Assembly (NCBI GenBank): GCA_044892525.1
Contig: CM097885.1
Span: 34,536,001-34,600,000, forward strand
Reading direction: 5' to 3'
Source of the DNA: Schmidtea polychroa
Lineage: Eukaryota
Length of the DNA stretch: 64,000 nucleotides
Part shown: piece by piece, positions 55,468 to 64,000 of the stretch
How the letters are laid out: each line of letters begins with the position of its first letter
Numbering within the stretch: position 1 is the first letter of the stretch
Notes under the pieces: generated by a model
Seen by the model: the letters and a program-made list of their open reading frames with translations, nothing else
Database searches by the model: none
Told to the model about the DNA's origin: nothing
Program-made: the position numbers and the translations under genes

Positions 55468-55573
55468 AAAACGATGATTTCTTGGTGTAATGGTGGGTTT
55501 GGTTAATAAATTGTGATCTTTTCCCATATGCGTGACTCATAAACTCATGGAAATTCTGAACTTTGAAAAATCA
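55377..55573 (-). pseudogene. PIH1D1: Second, shorter PIH1D1 fragment with the same tail and (TAA)n
   Basis: 55467-55573 is a diverged reverse-complement copy of about 38192-38300 (KFRISMSL*VTHMGKDH), followed on the minus strand by (TAA)n. Confidence 0.7.
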
Positions 55574-55874
55574 TAATAGAAAGACTTAATTTATAATTGA
55601 AATCTTAATTTTAAAGTTAATTATTTTAAAATAGTCAGAAATTGATATAAAAAAAATGATCGAATTCATGGAACAAGGAAAGATTTACTGCAATCACATA
55701 AAACAAAATACCCGAAAGTCTTTCTAATTGAAAAAATGTTATAATTGCTTAAAAAATTAATTTAAATAACAATTTAATAAATTTTACCGTTTTCAAAAAT
55801 ATATCATAAATGACATGAATATCATAATAAATGCGAATTAATTAAAATTAATTTTTTGACATAAAAGATTTATT

Positions 55875-56053
55875 GGTAGCAGCATTTATTATTTTAAACA
55901 ATATAGTGATAATTTAGGCCTTTTGCTGCGAATAATGTATTTAAGGAAAATGTTTTCAACTATAAGATAGTCCTTGTCAATCTCTATCTTATAGTCGAAA
56001 ATCTTTTCATTAAATACATTATTCGCAGCAAAAGGCATAAATTATCACTTTAT
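55875..56053. mobile_element. Second palindromic PLE-tail remnant with hammerhead-like core
   Basis: Arms at about 55901-55970 and 55984-56053; same sequence family as 36284-36451. Confidence 0.8.
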
Positions 56054-56227
56054 CATTTTGAAAAACATTAGAAAAATGTAAATTTAATAAAAAATATAAT
56101 TATTAATTTATTATAATATTTGTTTTAACTCAACATAATTTATGCGCATTAGTATACCGTGCTCGATGCATGCACATATATTTATTATTGACATATAGTC
56201 AGATTCTCGAGATTAATACATCTAGAT

Positions 56228-57650
56228 CAGAGGTTCCAACACTTTTTACACCGAGGGCCAAATCTAATTTTTCAAGTATCGTAGCGCGCCACACATACTT
56301 TTAAAAGTGGAAACGCTTTTTGTGTTCTTCAATTTTCAAACTACGAGAAAGACCTACTAGAATTAAATAAACTAGGCCATTATAATGCAAGAAGAAAATT
56401 TAGAGTTTATAGAAATTAGTTCGTAAATTTTTAAAATGCAACATTATAATTGTAAATGTAAAATCAAATCTAAAACGATTAAATTTGAAGAGTATAATTT
56501 TAAATTTTAAATGCAAGAATTCTAGCTATGCATTACAAATTATTATCTGAATTAGTTTTATTATTTTAATCAATTTAATGTTTGAAAACTGTTTATTAAA
56601 GTTTTATCGGCTGTCATTATGTAACTGCAGATTGTAAGCCAGTTTATCAATGTCTGGATTCAGGTTTGTTGTGGCAAGTATCATTAACCCATTTAAACTT
56701 GAATCAATGAGGCAAGCTCGATTTTCGTTCTTTATCAGTTTTATAGCTGAAAATGATTTTTCACATTTTGTTCTCTGATTGTCTCTCTTTCAAATTCTGG
56801 AAATTGTCAAACTTTTTTTAGCCAATTGGGTAACAAACAATGCAAGTTTTATTTTAAAAGAAACAACGTCATTACATTCCCTGTAGTTTTAAATTTAAAT
56901 TATTGAGATGATCAGTCATATCAAGCAGGAATGCTGGATCGTTCATCCAATTTTTGATAGCAAGATATTCACGTTCTGCAGGTAATTCATTGATTTCTGC
57001 CAAAAATTCTATGATATGATTTTTTGAAGCCCAGAAGCGTGAAAGAATTTTTCCTCATGATAGCCATTTGACCTCGCAATGCAACAACAGTTCACAATAT
57101 TCTTTTTCTGAGTCTGCAAGGAATTGTCTGAATACCCGCATGTTCAAAGATCGTGCTCTTATTTTGTTGACGCATTTGAGCACTACATCCATCACATGAT
57201 TCATATTCAACGTTTTCCCACACATTGCTTCCTGAATCAGGAGTCCTGATGAATGATGTAAAAATATGTTAATATAGAACGTTCAAGAAATTTGGTGAAA
57301 AGTGGTAGGCAACCAAGATGTTTGCCCGTTAGTGTTGGTGCACCGTTCGTATAGATGTTATCCAATTTGTCCAGTCCAAATCACGTTTTCAACACAAGTT
57401 TTCAGAGTTTGAAATATATCTGTTCCATTAGTAGTGCCTTTGATTGTCTCAAAACTAAGCAATTCTTTGATTACTAACAGATGGAATGAAAACAGTTACT
57501 TGTGCAGAATCATAAATATCAGTGGACTCATCCATTGCCAAAGAGAAAAATTTACAAAAAATTCCCACAGCTCGGGAATCTCTGCTCTAAACTGTCTTCT
57601 CTGTGTGACAACTATGTCCACAAAGGTCAGCATAAAAGTTTTTACTTAAA
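56228..57650 (-). pseudogene. hAT Buster/SPIN-type relic with TIR
   Basis: CAGAGGTTCC terminus; minus-strand motifs T.GAPTLTGKHLG, VLKCVNKIRARSLN, LLLHCEVKWLS*GKILSRFW. Confidence 0.8.
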
Positions 57651-58254
57651 CCAAACTTTTGATAAGTGACTATTTATTGCTACAACTTTTAGTGATATAC
57701 AAAATGTCAAAATATAATTATTGTTTTTTAAATAAGTGTGATTTTTTTGAATTTAATTAAATTTGTAAAATTGGCAAAATGAACTGAAAAAGAAAAATCA
57801 TATGTTGAAGCTTTAAAAACAAACATACTGAAACTAGCAGAGGAAATTTGAAATGAGACTCAATTCTCTTTTTATAATGTTTTTATGCGATTTTGAAATA
57901 ATGCGGTGCAACAAAAATATTGTTTTGTCTAATAAATGCAAATAAATTTGCAATGAACAAATACATGTATAATGTTAAAAATATTAATAAGTTTATATTA
58001 TATAAACACACAAACTTACATGTATGCTGATTTTGAGCGTTGCAATGAATAAACTCATTTAACATATAAAGGGAGAAAGTGGTAGAAAAAAGCCAGTGAC
58101 GAAAATTCGTGAATATCCAAAAAACATCGATATATTTACTGATTCTTAGTCAATCTTTTTAATAAATATAATTCAAAAAATATTTTTATAAATATGAATA
58201 ATAGAATAAAACTATATATATTAATAAAAAAGTATTTTGAATTGTCCTTTATTT

Positions 58255-59267
58255 TGTTGAGGTTTTAAAAGTAAATTATTAAATTATGTTAAATTGAATA
58301 ATTTCAAGTAAAAAGAAAACCAAAATTGAACGAAAAAGAATGGTGGTCAAGCAAAGAAGTAATGGCAAAGAAAGATATGACAAAAACAGAACTATAAAAG
58401 TATACAATTAGACACGAAATGTAAAAAATGCGCAAATTTGAGGAAGTGGGATAAAATGAGATGTTATCGAAATTGAAGCTGAAAAACGGGAGATGTGTAG
58501 ATTAGAGAATGGTGAAGAAGACAGTGAGCAATAATTTGCTAGAAAATGTTTAGGAAGAGTCGAAAAACAGGTAAATATGGAAAAACACAAACTATTAATT
58601 AATTAATTTGCTAATGGAAAACCCGAGCTAATTGGAAGTCCGAGCCTATGGAGAACCCGAGCTATGAAGAAAACCCGAACGCGGCAATTAGGGAGAATAA
58701 ACAAACTGGAAATTTAGAGGGAAATTAGTTAAAGATTCTGGTAAATGAGGGTAAACACAAGAAGGGGAATTACTAAAAGGGTCAACAGAAATAACTTATT
58801 AGAGAACGATAACTAAGGAAGTCAAAACCAATTAGTTCAAAACGGAGCAATTACAACGATTGAGAATTTATAAGGAAACTCTAAATTCAGATAATCGGCA
58901 GTAGCCTCAGGTAGGGAAGAAGAAACCGACAATAGGAATTTGAGGAAAAAAGTTAAGAACTGAAAAGGGAATTATAAGAGGAGCTAAAGAGTTAGAAAAA
59001 GGAGTATTAAAGGAGTTCGGATCAAAGAGTGGAATATTAAATAAAAAGGTGAAACATTTTAAAATCGCACAAGGTCGAGACTTTCCAGAGTGAAGTTAGA
59101 TCAGGAATTGTGAATAAAATTGTGGTTAACTAAAAGTTGTTATTATTTATTGAAAATTGTAAATTTGCTATAAACAAATATACGTTCGGAGTTTGTATTT
59201 ATCAATTTTGAGACACATGGAGTCAGAGTAACCAACGGTCGTCTTTTTAATATTATAAAACCCAACA
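58255..59267 (+). mobile_element. Probable ~1-kb solo LTR
   Basis: TGTTGAGGTTTT...AAAACCCAACA termini, 4-bp TSD ATTT, purine-rich body, internal ccgagcta repeats and AATAAA near the 3' end. Confidence 0.62.
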
Positions 59268-59523
59268 ATTTTATTTTTTTAATATTATGAGGAAGTTTTA
59301 TGATGAAGAAATTTTTAAATTGAAAATTTTAAAAATTAAATTTTAGATTAATTTTTAAAAAAAATAATAAGAAGATATTTTAATTAAAAATATCTTCGTA
59401 GAAAATTTGTTTAAATAAGAAAGTTTAAAGAAGATATAATTTGGTTTGATACTGATATTTACTGAAATAAAATTTATGGAAACAAAAACTGATTTTAATG
59501 TTTTACAGGATGAACCTCCTAAT

Positions 59524-60570
59524 ATGGTGGCAACGGTAAACACTGACGCAATCACCGAAAGATTGCTACCAAAGGTATTCTGCCAAGGTGACGACTTGGA
59601 AAAGTTCATTAAAAGATGCGAAATTTATTTCGACGCCAAGGGAATCACGCAGAAGAAAGATCAGGAAAGATTAACATCTTGCATGATTGATGAGGACCTC
59701 CTGGAAGTGTATGCCAAAACACTGAAAAAAGCCGAAGGATTCCAGGCTAGGTTGCGACTAGCATTCGATGGCGAAAGAGATGTTTTAAAGGATCTACAAA
59801 ACTTGTTGAATTACAAGCGGGAGGGTGAAGAAATAGAAACGTATTTTAAAAAGGTGGAGGACCTTGTTGATAGGTTGTTTGAAAATAAAGAATTTACCAA
59901 AGAGAAATTAACAGCAAGGATGTTAATAGTATGTGCGGAGAATAAAGAAGTTGAGAAAGAAGTGATACTACGGAAGATAAAAAGCACAGAAGAAATAAAG
60001 GAAACACTAATTCTGATGGACAAAGTAGACAAGCAAAGAGATCAGATAAACAGTATGAAAAGTTACGCCATAGTGGTCTATCAGGAACCACAGAGAAGAG
60101 TACAATACAAGAAGAAAGAACAGAGAGAAGAAAGTATCCGAAGAGAAATTCCAGAATGCTGGTTATGCCACAAAATAGGACACACGAAAATTGATTGTCC
60201 AATAAAAGGTGAAATAGAATGCTGGACATGTCATAAAAGCGGACATATAAGTAGAAACTGTCCAGATAAAAAAGCTCCAAGATGTTTTGGGTGTGGGAAA
60301 GAAGGTCATATAAGAAGATTGTGTCAGGAAATACGTTGTGAAAGATGTAGCAGAAATGGTCATAGATCCGAGGAGTGTTATACAAAGATGTGGTACGGGA
60401 GAGCGACGGAGAGACAAAGATTCACGGGAAACAGATACAGTCGGATAAATGGTATCGAGGAAGAAGAAGAAAGGGAACCGTGTGTAGAGACAAATGAAGA
60501 TAATTTTAGGAAGACGTACCCAAATTACAGGGCTCCACCAGTAGAGGAGTTGGTTGGAGCCATATTCTAA
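59524..60570 (+). CDS. gag: Gag with four CCHC zinc knuckles
   Basis: CWLC..GH....C, CWTC..GH....C, CFGC..GH....C, CERC..GH....C. The likely ATG is at the LTR/PBS junction; an in-frame upstream ATG also lies inside the LTR. Confidence 0.88.
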   Translation: MVATVNTDAITERLLPKVFCQGDDLEKFIKRCEIYFDAKGITQKKDQERLTSCMIDEDLLEVYAKTLKKAEGFQARLRLAFDGERDVLKDLQNLLNYKREGEEIETYFKKVEDLVDRLFENKEFTKEKLTARMLIVCAENKEVEKEVILRKIKSTEEIKETLILMDKVDKQRDQINSMKSYAIVVYQEPQRRVQYKKKEQREESIRREIPECWLCHKIGHTKIDCPIKGEIECWTCHKSGHISRNCPDKKAPRCFGCGKEGHIRRLCQEIRCERCSRNGHRSEECYTKMWYGRATERQRFTGNRYSRINGIEEEEEREPCVETNEDNFRKTYPNYRAPPVEELVGAIF

Positions 60571-63500
60571 CAGAAAATTTGATGGGATATCCTCAAGGGG
60601 CAGAAAAGTGGGAGAATGTTGGAAGGGTAAGCGAGAAAGTATACAGGTTCCTAAAGAGAGAAATGTTTGAAGAGGAAGTGGAAAGAATTGGAACCATTGA
60701 AACGGAGCAGGTTGTTGAAATTTTGTATAACAAAATGCAAGGAAGGCCTAGTATAACAGTAAGGATGAATGGGGAAAATTTCGACTGTTTATTAGACACT
60801 GGTGCAAGAATCAATGTAATGAGTGTGAACTGTTTTAATAAGCTACGAGGACAACAATTGACGAAAAGTGACGATAAGTTACGATGCGCAAACGAGAGTA
60901 CGATCGAGACAATAGGAAAAACGAAGGTGCAAGTAACCATTGGAAATGTTTCGAAGGAAGTTATATTCATTGTGGCGGAGAAAGTGACACCAGATGTGAT
61001 TGGAGGAATCGAATTACAAGAAACATTTGGATTTAGACTGTTAGAAATTAAGGATATCGAGGCTAGTGAAAAAGACAAGAACTATATTTGTAACATTGAA
61101 GCAAAATTTGGCAGAAAAATAAAGGATGAAGAACGATTGATACGAGCGTTGGAACAGTTAAAGATCAATGAAGATCGCAAATTAAAGGAAATTATAACAA
61201 ACAGTGGAAACGTGTTTATGGCAGATAAATGGGATGTGGGTCGCACACATTTGGTAAAACACAAGATAGTTACAAGAGGTGAGCCGATAAACATAAAACC
61301 ATATCGCCAACCACTAAATTTGGAATCAAAGATTTAAGAAGCAATACAAAATTTGTACGAAAATGGAATTATACGGAAATGTAATTCTCCATGGAATACA
61401 CCGCTAATATGTGTATGGAAAAAAGAGAAAAAGGATATTAGACTATGCTTGGACTTTAGACAGCTGAACGCGGTAACAGAGAGGCAGGCATTTCCAATGC
61501 CAAACATAGACGAGATGTTGGATTTGTTAGGAGGATCCGTCTTTTTCAGCTCAATCGATCTAGGTAATGCATATTACCAAGTGGAACTAGAAGAAGAATC
61601 ACAGGAGAAAACCGCTTTCTCAACAAAGAACGGACAATATTGTTTCAACAGAATGCCGTTTGGAATTGCAGCAGCACCAGGTACGTTCCAAGAAATGATG
61701 ACAAAAGTATTAGGCAAAATAAAGGGAGCAATGGTGTATTTGGACGACATCTTGATTTATTCAAGCAGTAAAGAGAAACACTATACAATACTCGGAGAAG
61801 TGTTAAAGGCGATTGAGCAAGCAGGCCTAAGGATTAATCCAGAAAAATGCCAAATAATAAAGGAAGAAATCAGATTCTTAGGACACATAATCAGCAAGGA
61901 AGGAGTACAGACAGATTCATCTAAAATTCAGGCCATACAGAACTTTGGGAAGCCTAATTGCGTAAAGAAACTCCGAAGCTTTTTAGGTATTTGCAATTAT
62001 TATAGAAGATTCATCAGTGATTATGCAAAGAAGGTAAAGATGTTAGAACAATTATGTAGCGGACCAAGTAACAAAAAATTAGAATTGAGTGAAGGAACGA
62101 ATAGCGTGTTTGAGGGATTGAAATTAGCACTCACGACGGCGCCAATCTTATGTTTTCCGGATCTGAAAAAGGAGTTCATTTTAGATACCGACGCTAGTTT
62201 CGATACCATTGGAGCAGTACTTTCACAAAGAGATAAAGATGGAATGGAAAGAGTAATTTCGTATGGATCACACTCGATGACGAGCCACGAGAAAGGATAT
62301 TGTATTACAAGAAAGGAACTATTGACGGTATATTATTTTTGCATTCATTTTAAGCACTATCTCTACGGAAGAAGATTCACGCTCAGGACAGACCACAAGG
62401 CAATCACGTTTATGATGACAACCAAGAAGCCGATTACTTCACAATTCCAAACATGGATCAATTATTTGAGCAGTTTAGATATAAGAGTAGAATACAGAAA
62501 GGGTATTAATCACCAAAATGCAGACATGGTGTCGAGAACTAAATGTGACACGTGTGTTCACTGTCAAATGGCCCACGAAGAAGCTAAGAAAGGAAAGATA
62601 AAAACCAGATTACTAGACTCGATCAGAGAAGAAGGAAGAAGCAACATCCAACATGAAATTGTAGAAGAAGTACGAAAGAAAACGATGATACCTGAAAATG
62701 AGTTACAAGAAACAATAAAGGAAATACATAGACTATTGTGTCATGCTGGAGTCGAGAAGATAGCCGATTATATGAAAGATAGATATGTTGGAAAACACCT
62801 GTGGAGTCAGATTCAGGAAATTGTTCGAAGTTGTGAGATTTGTCAAAAAACCAAGGCTTTAACAATAACAACGAAAGAACCAGTAAAAAAACAAGATTCG
62901 AAGGAAATGTTCGAAATTATAATCGTGGATATATGTGGACCGTTGACAGAAACAAAAGGACGTAAGAAGTATATATTGAGCATAATAGATCAGTATAGTA
63001 AGTATCAAGTCTTGACAGCGATAACAAAACAAGACGAAGAAACGATAAAGAAAACGATTTTAGAAAAGTGGATTTTAAGATTTGGATGCCCAAAGGAGAT
63101 AAGAGTTGATTGCGGAAAGTCGTTTGAATCAGGAATGATGAGAGAATTCACAAAGATGCTAGATATTAAATTATGTTTTTCGAGTCCATACCATCACCAA
63201 ACAAACGGTCAAATAGATAGACAATTCAGGACAATACGGGATTTGATAAATGCTACTTTACAGGATAGAAAGAAGACGGATTGGGCAGAGATATTACCAG
63301 AAGTTGAATTCACTTTAAATGCAACCAAACAAAAAACGACAGGGAAAAGCCCGGCAGAGATAGTTTTTGGAAAAAAGATTAGCAGGGAAAAATGGTACGG
63401 GTCCAAAGAAATACCGATAAAGGAAGAACTAGAAGAACAAACAAGGAGAAAATTCAATGTAGAAGAAGAAGTATTAGTAAAAGTAGAAACACGCCACAAA

Positions 63501-63638
63501 GGCCAGGACAGGTATGAAGGTCCGTACAAAGTGATAGAGAAAGTGCATGACAGACGATACATCTTAAGAAATGAAGATGGAAAAAGGATCGAAAGAAATG
63601 TGGAAAAACTTAAAAATTTCTTAAGAAGGGGGATATGA
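60525..63638 (+). pseudogene. pol: Pol (protease-RT-RNaseH-integrase) with one in-frame stop at 61335-61337
   Basis: LLDTGA; RLCLDFRQLN; YLDD; DTDAS; H..LCH..C..C; D..D..(IDRQ). ORFs 60579 and 61353 share one frame, which is open back to 60525. Confidence 0.92.
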
Positions 63639-64000
63639 GGAAGTTTTATGATGAAGAAATTTTTAAATTGAAAATTTTAAAAATTAAATTTTAGATTAAT
63701 TTTTAAAAAAAATAATAAGAAGATATTTTAATTAAAAATATCTTCGTAGAAAATTTGTTTAAATAAGAAAGTTTAAAGAAGATATAATTTGGTTTGATAC
63801 TGATATTTACTGAAATAAAATTTATGGAAACAAAAACTGATTTTAATGTTTTACAGGACGAACCTCCTAATAAATATGATGTATATTCACAATTAAAAAT
63901 TATTTAATACACCAGAAACTACCAGACATGGAAAATTTCAGATATCAAACAAGGAATACTAGTTTACTTTCTTTCGATTAAAAAAATGAACTAACTGAAA

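Larger units (their letters stand above)
59286..63872 (+). mobile_element. Full-length Ty3/Gypsy LTR retrotransposon, recent insertion
   Basis: 239-bp LTRs 59286-59524 and 63634-63872 (one difference seen), 5-bp TSD AATAT, PBS TGGTGGCAACGGT (Leu-tRNA-like), PPT AAGAAGGGGGA, and PR-RT-RH-IN order. Confidence 0.97.

Noticed and set aside
59355..63562. Minus-strand ORFs within the Gypsy element, and similar antisense ORFs over the GPCR, integrase and PLEs
   Set aside because: Shadow ORFs with no recognisable motifs.

Overview
Very AT-rich eukaryotic (animal) DNA dominated by transposons and (TAA/TTA)n microsatellites. A flatworm such as a planarian is my inference from composition and the receptor type, not something proven here. 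The only clearly intact host gene is an intronless class A GPCR (7888-8988, -). The main element is a broken Polinton/Maverick (adintovirus-like) virus. It has a double-jelly-roll major capsid gene with one stop and one frameshift (11951-13242). Directly after it is an intact ORF fusing a C2H2 zinc finger, a parvovirus VP1u-like phospholipase A2 domain and a DDE integrase (13260-14711). Two protein-primed PolB relics and several AGTAG-type termini are also present. There are three Penelope-like elements (PLEs). The first has an inverted pLTR, a fold-back junction and a minimal hammerhead ribozyme. Short palindromic PLE-tail remnants carry a putative U3-A8 hammerhead variant and are usually next to (TAA)n. 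Other features: a recent full-length Gypsy element with TA...TA LTR ends and a -1 frameshift signal, two solo LTRs, hAT and Tc1/mariner relics and MITEs, and stranded fragments of PIH1D1 and a USP deubiquitinase. All calls come from reading motifs by eye; no database search was run.
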